From assembly GCA_963744145.1 (NCBI GenBank), contig CAVUSO010000001.1:5920001-5984000 (forward strand): a stretch of 64,000 bases of DNA, given 5' to 3'. Both the position numbers and the translations under genes were made by a program. This document shows positions 34,078 through 43,579 of this stretch, piece after piece (the stretch's first letter is position 1; each line of letters opens with the position of its first letter). The notes beneath the pieces were generated by a model. It worked only from the letters and a program-made list of their open reading frames with translations. It was not told the DNA's origin and ran no database searches. The DNA is from an uncultured cyanobacterium. GTDB lineage: Bacteria; Cyanobacteriota; Cyanobacteriia; Cyanobacteriales; CAWUOF01.

Positions 34078-34823
34078 ACGGGATCTGGCGGGCGAAATCT
34101 TGCCACCAGAACCTGTTCATCCCTCAACCGAGATGAACAGACAAAACTGACGACTGTGCATCGGGAGGATCTCGCTTAAACAACTACGGAACTGGTTGAC
34201 TTCTATTCCCAGTATTGGTGAACAAACGGTGGCTCTATAGTTAGGGTCAACCCGTCGGGTTTCCAGTGCCAAAAATGCTCGCCTTTCTGCCCACAGTCAC
34301 GATGCTTCACCACCCATTACTCCCATTAATGAGTGAGAGATGATGGCTGCGTGGGTCAGGTAAAAATCCAGGAGATTAGTGCTTTAATGGTAAAATTTCT
34401 ACCCATATTTTGGCGATTTTCCCATCCGCTAAACTCTTTGACCCTAATTAGGCAATTTGGCGATCGCCACCCCTTGACAAATCAAGACAGTATCTACAGA
34501 GATTCACCAAAAAATCGATCAGGATTAGAGGATGACAAGATTAACAGGATTCGTAGGGGCTGGTGAATGAATTTATGATCACAATCAACCGGGATTTGTA
34601 GGGGCAGGTTCACCAATCAATTCTGCTCCAAACCGATAACTATCATAAACCTGCCCAACCAACACAGATCACTCACAATCTCGGACAGGCAAGATGCCTG
34701 TCCCACCATTCATGCCAAATCTTACTGTACTTCATCAACAGGTCATCCGCTGTATGTAATCGCAGGTAAGCTCCTCTCGGTGACAGCCTGGAAAAAACTT
34801 TAAATAAAATTTTAGTGAATGGC

Positions 34824-34864
34824 TAATCGGGGAAATTAATATAAATTATGACTTTCCCCGATCT
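34824..34864 (-). terminator. Hairpin after ftsZ
   Basis: ATCGGGGAAA...TTTCCCCGAT. Confidence 0.55.
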
Positions 34865-34872
34865 AAATTAAC

Positions 34873-36156
34873 CTACTTATTAGGACGTTGTCTTTGGAGA
34901 AAATCAGGAATGTCCAACCCTGGTTTTGATTCAGATTTGTGCTGAGGTTCAAAAATTGGTGATGGGTGTGGTGTGACAGGTGCAGTCGTTGACCGTTTAC
35001 CAGTCGGTGTTCTGGTAGAAGTTGTCGCAGGTGGTGGTGGGGGAGCTTCACCAGTAAAACCTGTAGCAATCACTGTAATTCTGATTTCACCTTGCAGTCG
35101 TTCATCAATTACTGCCCCAAAAATAATATTAGCATCGGGATCGACAGCTTCATAAATCGTTTCTGCGGCTGCATTTACTTCGTGCAAAGTTAAATCATTG
35201 CCACCAGTAATATTAAAGACAACTCCTTTTGCTCCTTCAATGGAAGAATCAAGTAAGGGAGAAGAAATCGCTGCGATCGCTGCTTCCCTAGCTCGCGATT
35301 TACCAGAACCTACTCCAATTCCCATCATCGCCGAACCAGCATCAGCCATGATCGCTCGCACATCAGCAAAATCAACATTAACTAAGCCTGGGATGGTAAT
35401 GATATCTGATATACCTTGCACCCCTTGACGGAGAATTTCATCAGCATAGCGAAATGCTTCTTGAACTGGAGTATGTTCGGGAATTACTTGTAGTAATTTA
35501 TCGTTAGGAATCACAATCAGGGTATCTACCCGACTTTGTAAAGCTTCTATTCCTTGTTTGGCTTGAGCAGCGCGGCGTTTTCCTTCAAAAATAAAAGGAC
35601 GAGTAACCACACCGACAGTGAGAGCGCCCACTTCTTTGGCCACTTCCGCGACGATCGGCGCAGCTCCAGTGCCCGTACCGCCCCCCATCCCAGCGGTAAT
35701 AAAAACTAAATCAGCATGATCTAGAGCATTAGCAATCTCATCGCGAGATTCCTCGGCTGCTTTTTGACCAATAGCAGGATTACCTCCTGCCCCCAGACCG
35801 CGAGTTAATTTTTGACCAATTTGGAGACGTTTAGAGGCTGCTGAACCGACTAGCGATTGGGCATCAGTATTGATAGTCCAGAAGTCAACTCCCGAAAGAT
35901 CACCTGCAATCATGCGGTTAACCGCATTGCCCCCACCCCCACCGACGCCAATCACTTTGATTCTGGCTATACTACTCGGCACGATGTCATTACTCCTCGA
36001 TTCTTCGCCCGGTATGCCTGTGATATCACGATTTTGGTTTAAATATAACCCAGAATTGCCAAAAGGATTGGCGGGTTCCACTGCCACTGGAAAATTAGGT
36101 TGTTCTTCAGGATGAGGGCTTTTATGGGTGAGCCCCCAGTTATGATTAAGCGTCAT
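34873..36156 (-). CDS. ftsZ: Cell division protein FtsZ
   Basis: [20 protein letters not shown] tubulin signature, C-terminal DIPDFL. Confidence 0.99.
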   Translation of the reverse strand: MTLNHNWGLTHKSPHPEEQPNFPVAVEPANPFGNSGLYLNQNRDITGIPGEESRSNDIVPSSIARIKVIGVGGGGGNAVNRMIAGDLSGVDFWTINTDAQSLVGSAASKRLQIGQKLTRGLGAGGNPAIGQKAAEESRDEIANALDHADLVFITAGMGGGTGTGAAPIVAEVAKEVGALTVGVVTRPFIFEGKRRAAQAKQGIEALQSRVDTLIVIPNDKLLQVIPEHTPVQEAFRYADEILRQGVQGISDIITIPGLVNVDFADVRAIMADAGSAMMGIGVGSGKSRAREAAIAAISSPLLDSSIEGAKGVVFNITGGNDLTLHEVNAAAETIYEAVDPDANIIFGAVIDERLQGEIRITVIATGFTGEAPPPPPATTSTRTPTGKRSTTAPVTPHPSPIFEPQHKSESKPGLDIPDFLQRQRPNK

Positions 36157-36418
36157 AGTTATTAGATGGGGGAATTTCAGAGTAATTCGGAGTAAAAAGT
36201 AGTTTTTCAGAATCCATAGCTATAGCCATTAGAATTGGGATTGGTAGATCAACAACTTTTCAACTCCAGGCAGATCAAAGTCCAATATAGGCTAATTGTC
36301 CAAAAAAACCAACTATAGAGAGATGGTTTTTTTAACTATACTTACTTGGCTGTCAACAACCTAGCACGAGGGGGGTTTTAGTACCTTAATATAGCTTCTC
36401 TCACTATTAAAGATAAAT

Positions 36419-37255
36419 TTAGGTATTGGATTTTACTGCTTCATGTGCTGGTCTGATCTGAATTTTGGGTGGAAGATCGGGATTTTTCAAGTCTATATAG
36501 GCAATTTGGTCGGGATTGATATTTTGGGGCAATTGTCGCATTCGGTCAAGCACTTTGATTTGCAAAGCAAATTTGGTACTGTATGGTCCTAAATGTACCA
36601 GACCAATTTCTGTTTTTAAGATCATATTGGCTGGATCTTGCCAATTAATCTCAGAAATTTTTACTGGACTGCTACTAATTACTTGATAAAGCCCGGGCCA
36701 ATAGGGCCGATAATTTTCTCGCATCCCAATTATTTTGAGGTTGGGCAAACCTCGTTTTCCTTCGAGGGATGTATATGCTTCTAAGGATATCCATATTCCC
36801 TGAGCATCTAATAATTTTACCTCGGGAGAATTAGTCGCGCTTTGGTCTGAGGTGATTAGTTGAGCGATCGCGACGGGATGTCGCTCTTGGACCTTGACGG
36901 TTAAACCTGGAGGAAATAGTTGTCTGGTGACTGTAGCTGAAGCGATCGGTCCTTGTGATGCTAGTTGATTGGCGATCGCGACTGGTTGGAGCCGCAGGAG
37001 AGATTGAGGGTAAGATAGTGGTAGGATTGAGCGAATTGCCTGTTCTGACAAAAATTGATTACCAACAATCACGACCTGTTCTGGTTTACGGATTAACCAA
37101 CCTGGTAAGGTAATTGCCCAGATTGAGCCACTTGTCAATCCTCCTAGCACTAAAATTCGCCACATTGTTGTCACGAATTTTCGCCGTCTTTCTTGTCTTA
37201 ATTTTTTGCGCCGACCCACTAATTCTGCTGGGGAAACTGATGCAATACTATTCAT
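36419..37255 (-). CDS. ftsQ: Cell division protein FtsQ
   Basis: Basic N-terminus, TM, POTRA, YIDL; directly upstream of ftsZ. Confidence 0.92.
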   Translation of the reverse strand: MNSIASVSPAELVGRRKKLRQERRRKFVTTMWRILVLGGLTSGSIWAITLPGWLIRKPEQVVIVGNQFLSEQAIRSILPLSYPQSLLRLQPVAIANQLASQGPIASATVTRQLFPPGLTVKVQERHPVAIAQLITSDQSATNSPEVKLLDAQGIWISLEAYTSLEGKRGLPNLKIIGMRENYRPYWPGLYQVISSSPVKISEINWQDPANMILKTEIGLVHLGPYSTKFALQIKVLDRMRQLPQNINPDQIAYIDLKNPDLPPKIQIRPAHEAVKSNT

Positions 37256-37429
37256 CGATTACCTCTGGGTTTTCACACATAATATTGATGGTTACTTTTT
37301 CAGGCTCCTGGTTTGGGATTAATCAAAATTTTGTTGCTATCGAAAAATTTCAGATTTTCGCATCCATTGGTATGATACACTAAAAGGAACTTTTTAGTTA
37401 GCAATGTTACCACAGAAGTTTCTGGCAAG

Positions 37430-39019
37430 TTGACTGAATTTATGCGTTTTCAAACCGCCTTGATTTTGATTTGGATGGTTCTTGGAATTGGGGAAACTCA
37501 CCGAGCGATCGCGGATGATTCCTCTCTAGTTCAGCTACCTGCTCATAGTTTACGAACCGATAATTTACCTTTAAATTTGCCCGAAACTTCGGCGAATAAA
37601 GCAGCAGTTATTGGTCTGCCGATCGAAGCAAATTTTTTTTCAGTTTCCCCGCAGTTAGCTGATACTACTAATATTTCCCCAGCTCAATCTGCTCCGGATG
37701 GAGGGAGATTTGTCAGACATATAGAAATTCGTTTTATTAAGAAAGCAGGTGAATCAATTGATCAAAAAGATGAATTTATTCAAGGGAGAACCAAGAAATC
37801 TTTTCTACTAGATCAATTAAATCTCAAACCAGGACAGTTGTTTCAGGAAAGTCTGCTTCAGCAAGATTTGCGGCGATTATTGCGATTAGAATTGTTTAAA
37901 GATGTCAAAGTTTCAGTCAAGCAAGTTGGTAATCATGATGTTGATCTTATTTATACAGTAAGTGAACGTAAATTTCCTTCGCTTAGTTTTGGAGTTGGTA
38001 ATGATTCAGATGTCGGTATATTTACAACTTTTGGTTATGCTGATGAAAATATTGGTGGGATGAATCAGCAATTAAAATTTGATAGTAATTTGAGTACCAA
38101 AGATGTCAATTTTCAAGCGCGGTTTGTTAATCCTGCTTCTGCTACAAAACCAGAGCGATTAGGTTATAGTTTGGCGATTTTTCGTGAGCGCAATTTATCT
38201 GATATTTTTAACAAAGGTATTAATTTAGATAATGGTAATAGAGTCAGGGAAGGTAGAATTGGTGCGGGCGCAAGTTTATTGCGTGCTTTTAGTGATGAAT
38301 GGCACGGAGAATTGGGATTAAATTATACCAGATTAAGTATTCGCGATGGCAGTTTTAATGTCAGAAGAAGAGATTTTTTAGGTAATCCTTTATCTTTGAG
38401 TGGTAAAGGAATTGATGATCTATTTCTTGTGTCTTTGCGTTTGATCAGAGATACACGCGATCGACGTTTAACTCCGACCAAAGGTGCAATTATTACCCTC
38501 AGCACTGAACAAGCTCTACCAATTGGTTTCGGGGAAATTTCTTTAAATCGACTCCTAGCTAATTATATCCAATATGTACCTGTGAAGTTTGTTGGTATTA
38601 TTGATCCTGCCAAAAATCCAGAATTAGCAGAAATGATCGCGTTTAATTTGCAGAGTGGTACAATTCTGGGTGATTTTCCTCCAGCCGAAGCATTTACTTT
38701 AGGTGGTTTTAATTCAGTCCGAGGTTATAATACAGGAGATATTGGTAGTAGTCGTAGTTATATTTTAGGTTCTGTCGAATATCGTTTTCCGGTTCGATCG
38801 TGGTTAGGAGGAGTAGTGTTTACTGACTTTGCTTCAGATTTGGGATCAGGAGATAGTGTGTTGGGAAAACCCGCGATTATACGAGGAAAACCTGGAAGTG
38901 GTTTTGGTTATGGGATTGGAGTTCGGGTAAAATCTCCCGTTGGACTACTTCGTGGTGATATTGGTATTAGTGATGGAGGAGATATTAGAATAGATGTTCG
39001 TACTGGTCAAAGATTTTAA
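37430..39019 (+). CDS. Omp85 (BamA/TamA family) outer membrane protein
   Basis: POTRA-like segment, GGFNSVRGY, EYRFP, C-terminal Phe. Confidence 0.88.
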   Translation: MTEFMRFQTALILIWMVLGIGETHRAIADDSSLVQLPAHSLRTDNLPLNLPETSANKAAVIGLPIEANFFSVSPQLADTTNISPAQSAPDGGRFVRHIEIRFIKKAGESIDQKDEFIQGRTKKSFLLDQLNLKPGQLFQESLLQQDLRRLLRLELFKDVKVSVKQVGNHDVDLIYTVSERKFPSLSFGVGNDSDVGIFTTFGYADENIGGMNQQLKFDSNLSTKDVNFQARFVNPASATKPERLGYSLAIFRERNLSDIFNKGINLDNGNRVREGRIGAGASLLRAFSDEWHGELGLNYTRLSIRDGSFNVRRRDFLGNPLSLSGKGIDDLFLVSLRLIRDTRDRRLTPTKGAIITLSTEQALPIGFGEISLNRLLANYIQYVPVKFVGIIDPAKNPELAEMIAFNLQSGTILGDFPPAEAFTLGGFNSVRGYNTGDIGSSRSYILGSVEYRFPVRSWLGGVVFTDFASDLGSGDSVLGKPAIIRGKPGSGFGYGIGVRVKSPVGLLRGDIGISDGGDIRIDVRTGQRF

Positions 39020-39102
39020 TATGACTTGCGCTAAATTCATGGGATAATGCGGGCAGCATTAGTCAAACTAGCGACAACTAGAAGATAACGTGAGGTTTTT
39101 TT

Positions 39103-40041
39103 ATGTCAACCAGCCAAAAGTATAGATTAGTTACCAGAAGTGATTTTGACGGACTGGTATGTGCTGTTCTTTTGAAAGAATTAGACCTGTTAAATGAGAT
39201 TATTTTTGTCCATCCTAAAGATATGCAAGATGGCAAAATTGCTGTAACCAATCAAGATATTACGACTAATCTACCCTATGTAGAAGGAGTATACTTAGCT
39301 TTCGATCATCATGCTAGTGAAACTACACGCAATGTGGAAATCAAGTCTAACCATATTATTGATCCTAACGCACCTTCAGCGGCTAGAGTAGTTTATCAGT
39401 ATTATGGTGGTAAAGATAAATTTGCCCAAATTTCGGAAGAAATGATAGTCGCTGTTGATAAAGCGGATTCAGCCCAATTTTCTGAGTCGGAAATTTTAGA
39501 TCCTACTGATTGGGTACTTTTAAACTTTCTGATGGATGCAAGAACTGGATTAGGAAGGTTTAAGGATTTTAGAATCTCTAATTATCAACTAATGATGGAT
39601 TTGATTGATCACTGCAAAAATCATAATACAATTACAGAGATTTTAGAATTTCCCGATGTCAAAGAAAGAGCAGATTTGTATTTTTTCTATCAAAAGCAGT
39701 TTAAAGAACAAATCCAGAAATGTTCAACTGTTTACCAAAATTTAGTAGTTTTAGACTTGCGTAATGAAGAAGTTATCTATCCTGGTAACAGATTTATGAT
39801 CTATGCGTTGTTTCCCCAGTGCAATATATCAATCCATGTGATTTGGGGTTTGAAAAAACAGAATACAGTTTTTGCTGTTGGTAAATCAATCTTTAACCGG
39901 ACTTCTCAAACTAATATCGGTGCATTAATGTTGAAATATGGTGGTGGTGGTCATGTCAATGCTGGGACTTGTCAAGTTGAAAATAGTCAGTCTGAAGCTT
40001 TGTTAAAAGATTTGATTGCTCAAATCAATTTAGATGGTTAA
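39103..40041 (+). CDS. DHH-family phosphoesterase (exopolyphosphatase-like)
   Basis: RSDFDG, FDHH, GGGGH..AG. Confidence 0.85.
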   Translation: MSTSQKYRLVTRSDFDGLVCAVLLKELDLLNEIIFVHPKDMQDGKIAVTNQDITTNLPYVEGVYLAFDHHASETTRNVEIKSNHIIDPNAPSAARVVYQYYGGKDKFAQISEEMIVAVDKADSAQFSESEILDPTDWVLLNFLMDARTGLGRFKDFRISNYQLMMDLIDHCKNHNTITEILEFPDVKERADLYFFYQKQFKEQIQKCSTVYQNLVVLDLRNEEVIYPGNRFMIYALFPQCNISIHVIWGLKKQNTVFAVGKSIFNRTSQTNIGALMLKYGGGGHVNAGTCQVENSQSEALLKDLIAQINLDG

Positions 40042-40134
40042 GATCAGATTAGTTTATTGATCGAACAGTTGCAGTTTTTTTGACATTTTCACTGCTACCA
40101 CATCTGATCTTTCCCATACTTCCACAGAAAACAC

Positions 40135-43100
40135 TTAATTTGGAATATTTACAGCTTTTTCATAAGTAGTATTATTTGGGTATTGCACTTTGACGACATG
40201 ATTTCCTGGTGGTAAAGACAGGACTCCTGTTGCGATCACAGTATTAGATTTCCAAGTATAGTTGCTCTCTGTTCCATCGATAAATACTTTCATTTTCTGT
40301 GTTTGCTGCTGATCAAAAATAACTTGAGGTTGAGTTGGAGTAAACTGTCTGATCCAAATAGCATCAACTGTAACTTTCACATTTACATTTTCTTGATTAG
40401 GTGCAAATCCCCAGACTCCTCGATACTGATCTGTGGTAGAATATCCAGTCCTCACTGCTTTTTGGATATTATGCTCAAGCCAAAATACTTGATTATCTGT
40501 ATATCCGACTGAAAAATGTTCTTGGCTAAATGTTGGTGAGGATACATTGCTAGAACCTACAATGTTGATTCCATCTACATAATATCCGATTTTGGGTAGT
40601 TGATCATCTCCAGGAAATAAGTAAATAGTTTCTTGAAAACCACCGACAGAAAATCCCCAAATTGGTGAAGAATTTTGTTCGATCGAAGCGATCGAATCAA
40701 TTGCATAAGGTTTTCCAGTTGGCCATTTGAATTTCCAGTTTAAGGAGAATCCTTGTTGATTATATAAATTATCAGGATCAAAAGTTCCGGAAATTACCAT
40801 TTGCTGACCAATTTTTTCAACTTTTACTTGTCCAGATTGACAAATATCGTAATAATCAGCTAGTTCTGGAGCGGTGAAATCATCAAAAAATAAGAAGGTT
40901 TTACTACCATTGCTTTGACTAACTAAGCTAGAGTCACCCCAGGATACATAGATCCGAGAAGTACCGATCGGGATTTTGCCAATATTTACCCAAATTTTTG
41001 TTGATGTTGTATTTAAACCTTGCTGTATCCAATAATTTAATTCTGATGAATTATCATTGCATCTAATATCACCACCATCCGATCGCATCTGATTTGCGCT
41101 GATTGGTGTTTTAGTATCTAAACTCAATAAGATGGGATAGTTATAAAGAGCTTGATTGTTAGGATTGGTGATTTTATATATAGCTTGATAATTAGGAGCA
41201 GGAAATGCTTGTCCTTGAATGAGTAAGGATTTATCGCTGTTCACTTGCACTCCGGAAATCATATTTAATGCTATATCAAAGTTAATTGTCCCTTTTGCTA
41301 CTACTGTTCCTTTACCAATTTGAACAGATATCGGTTTAATTCCTGTAATTCCGCTGGTCTTAATTTTGATGATCTTTGCTGTAACAACTTTGGTCTGATA
41401 ATTAATGAAATTAACTACTTTTCCAGCTACATTGACATTATCGATCAGGAGATGAAAATTCGCTGGTAACTTTCTCGATTCCGGTAATCCGGTAATAATG
41501 ACTTCAAATTCACCTAATTTATTTAACTGACTAGATATTTGCAGATTAGCTAAGTCGTAATCGGTAATAGTAGCACCAGCTATCCAGTCTAAGCTTCCTT
41601 GAATTGCACCAGCATCTACGGGTTGACTTTGGGATATTCCTTCAAGATAAACCCCATAACCTACAGCTTCAGCGGTAGCTAATAAAGTATAATCACCTGG
41701 GTATTTATTTTGGAAAAAGTTGGGTTCTTGGTGATCTCCATATTCATAATTATTTTGGCAAACCCAAAAATTTTGTTTATCGTTACTAGGTTTATCGATC
41801 GACAAACAAATATTATTTTTAAATTCATTACCGGGAGTAATAGTGTTGTCATCGTAACCAATTATACCCAGGGTTGTATTGTGGTAGATTTTGCGATTAC
41901 AATTAGCGATCGCGTTATCTGGATTACTAGCATCATAAGGCATCAGACCAATACAAGCGGATGTACAATTCCAAACTATATTATGATGAACAAGAAAATT
42001 TTTAGTTAAGTGATCTAAATAAATCCCATGTCCACCATAGAATCTGAGATCGACATTAAAGTCTCCCTGAGCATCATGAACTAAATTATAGGATATTTCC
42101 GCACCTTTGCCATCGATTTTCCATCCGGTGATTGCACCAGTATCTGTATTTTGGAGATGTGTATCATACACATCATTATACATAATATCTAATCCAGGAG
42201 CGATCGATATAGCTTGATAACCACAGGAATGAATCGTATTTTGAATAACTTGATTTTTGGCTGTACCACCTGGATTTTCTCCCCCATTGCTTAATTGACC
42301 ACCATCAATTGCACTACCACGACCTGAGTATCCTACACAACAAATATAGTTATTGATCGCTTTATTGTTGGTGCCATTGAGAATAATTGTGTCGGTAGCT
42401 ACATGACGAATTTCTGAGTTTTTAATGGTACAATTATTCCCTTGAAAATAAATTCCGCGATTATCGGGGGCAGTATAGTAAATAACTGATATATTATCTA
42501 GATGTACCGGATATAAAAACTTTAAATTATCATAGATCAGGTTGTTGCTATTCTCATTAGTTTTAATTGTACAAGCGTGCAATGTTAGATTTTGAATATT
42601 TAGATTAGAAATTCCATCTAAATAAAAGCTATAAAATCTTTGTTTGATTTGAAAATCATTGGGAGTAGCATTGTCAGGAAACCATAAAAATAGCTCTTTA
42701 GTAGATTGATTGAGGAACCATTCACCTGGATGATCAAGTAAATTCAAGCTATCCCAGCAATAAAAAACGTTAGCTGTTTGGGGATAATAATTGCCATCAA
42801 AAGAATAATAATCATAAGGAATTTTGATGTTAATGCGATTATTAACATGACTAACAACCATTCCACACCAAGTATCCCACATTGGACCAGGACTAAAGGT
42901 AATTTTTGCTCCGGTCAAATCAGGTGCATTAATTAGGTCTGGAGATTCATACCATCCATCCTTAGATGATACATAGCCACTCCCGTCCGTAGCGCGACAT
43001 TTTAAATCATTGGTCAGTCGAGTTACTTGCTCAAAGGGAACATTTGGCCAACGAGCGATCGGGAGCATTTGCTGGTGATAAAAAACTTGGTCAAATCCAT

Positions 43101-43416
43101 CTTTTAAAATATTTCCTAAAGTTGCACGATATATATTCTTACCATTGGTCAAATCTGAAGCAGTCCAATTAGTAATTAAATCTGTACCAGTAATAATTAC
43201 TTCTTCTTGGTTGTAGCGATCGTAAATAATTGGTTTTTGAGCGGTTCCAGAATTAGCAGGATAAATAGTTTCACGGTATATCCCACCAAAAATCTTACAA
43301 ATATCCCCAGGTTTTAAAATTTGAGCGGCTTTTTGAATAGTTTTAAAAGGAGTGTTAGGGGTTGTTCCGGAATTTTTGTCGGCACCAGTTTGGTTGGAAA
43401 CGTAGTAGATAGTCAT
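40135..43416 (-). CDS. Large right-handed beta-helix protein with DUF2341-like domain
   Basis: YYVS..G.D...GT...PFKTIQKAA, GGIYRE, LLDHPGEWF, DTGAI; C-terminal GDIR..YWI..KIWV..FFDDF. Confidence 0.75.
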   Translation of the reverse strand: MTIYYVSNQTGADKNSGTTPNTPFKTIQKAAQILKPGDICKIFGGIYRETIYPANSGTAQKPIIYDRYNQEEVIITGTDLITNWTASDLTNGKNIYRATLGNILKDGFDQVFYHQQMLPIARWPNVPFEQVTRLTNDLKCRATDGSGYVSSKDGWYESPDLINAPDLTGAKITFSPGPMWDTWCGMVVSHVNNRINIKIPYDYYSFDGNYYPQTANVFYCWDSLNLLDHPGEWFLNQSTKELFLWFPDNATPNDFQIKQRFYSFYLDGISNLNIQNLTLHACTIKTNENSNNLIYDNLKFLYPVHLDNISVIYYTAPDNRGIYFQGNNCTIKNSEIRHVATDTIILNGTNNKAINNYICCVGYSGRGSAIDGGQLSNGGENPGGTAKNQVIQNTIHSCGYQAISIAPGLDIMYNDVYDTHLQNTDTGAITGWKIDGKGAEISYNLVHDAQGDFNVDLRFYGGHGIYLDHLTKNFLVHHNIVWNCTSACIGLMPYDASNPDNAIANCNRKIYHNTTLGIIGYDDNTITPGNEFKNNICLSIDKPSNDKQNFWVCQNNYEYGDHQEPNFFQNKYPGDYTLLATAEAVGYGVYLEGISQSQPVDAGAIQGSLDWIAGATITDYDLANLQISSQLNKLGEFEVIITGLPESRKLPANFHLLIDNVNVAGKVVNFINYQTKVVTAKIIKIKTSGITGIKPISVQIGKGTVVAKGTINFDIALNMISGVQVNSDKSLLIQGQAFPAPNYQAIYKITNPNNQALYNYPILLSLDTKTPISANQMRSDGGDIRCNDNSSELNYWIQQGLNTTSTKIWVNIGKIPIGTSRIYVSWGDSSLVSQSNGSKTFLFFDDFTAPELADYYDICQSGQVKVEKIGQQMVISGTFDPDNLYNQQGFSLNWKFKWPTGKPYAIDSIASIEQNSSPIWGFSVGGFQETIYLFPGDDQLPKIGYYVDGINIVGSSNVSSPTFSQEHFSVGYTDNQVFWLEHNIQKAVRTGYSTTDQYRGVWGFAPNQENVNVKVTVDAIWIRQFTPTQPQVIFDQQQTQKMKVFIDGTESNYTWKSNTVIATGVLSLPPGNHVVKVQYPNNTTYEKAVNIPN

Positions 43417-43519
43417 ATTACTTTTATTATGTCTAGTGGAAGCAGCATGAATTATTTCTTGCCGAGATTATTATACTGTAAATCCAGATCATTAAACATC
43501 ACTAAAATTCTTCCCAAAA

Positions 43520-43549
43520 AAAATCCCCTGTTATTAAACAGGGGATTTT
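43520..43549 (-). terminator. Intrinsic terminator of psaAB
   Basis: AAAATCCCCTG...CAGGGGATTTT stem with a T-tract on the minus strand. Confidence 0.8.
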
Positions 43550-43579
43550 CATTAATTACCTAAACAACTAGCAATTGGA

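Larger units (their letters stand above)
32755..34495 (+). mobile_element. IS110 family element (IS621-like) inserted at a CT core
   Basis: CT at 32753-54 and 34494-95; removal restores GAACCCGCCCCTACA; no terminal IRs. Confidence 0.92.
32625..34754. mobile_element. REP-containing MITE (TACAGC..ATGAAGT termini) hosting the IS110 insertion
   Basis: Imperfect IRs at both ends; several GTAGGGGC hairpins inside. Confidence 0.6.

Noticed and set aside
34333..34566. 77-aa ORF
   Set aside because: Crosses the IS110 right boundary into repeat DNA
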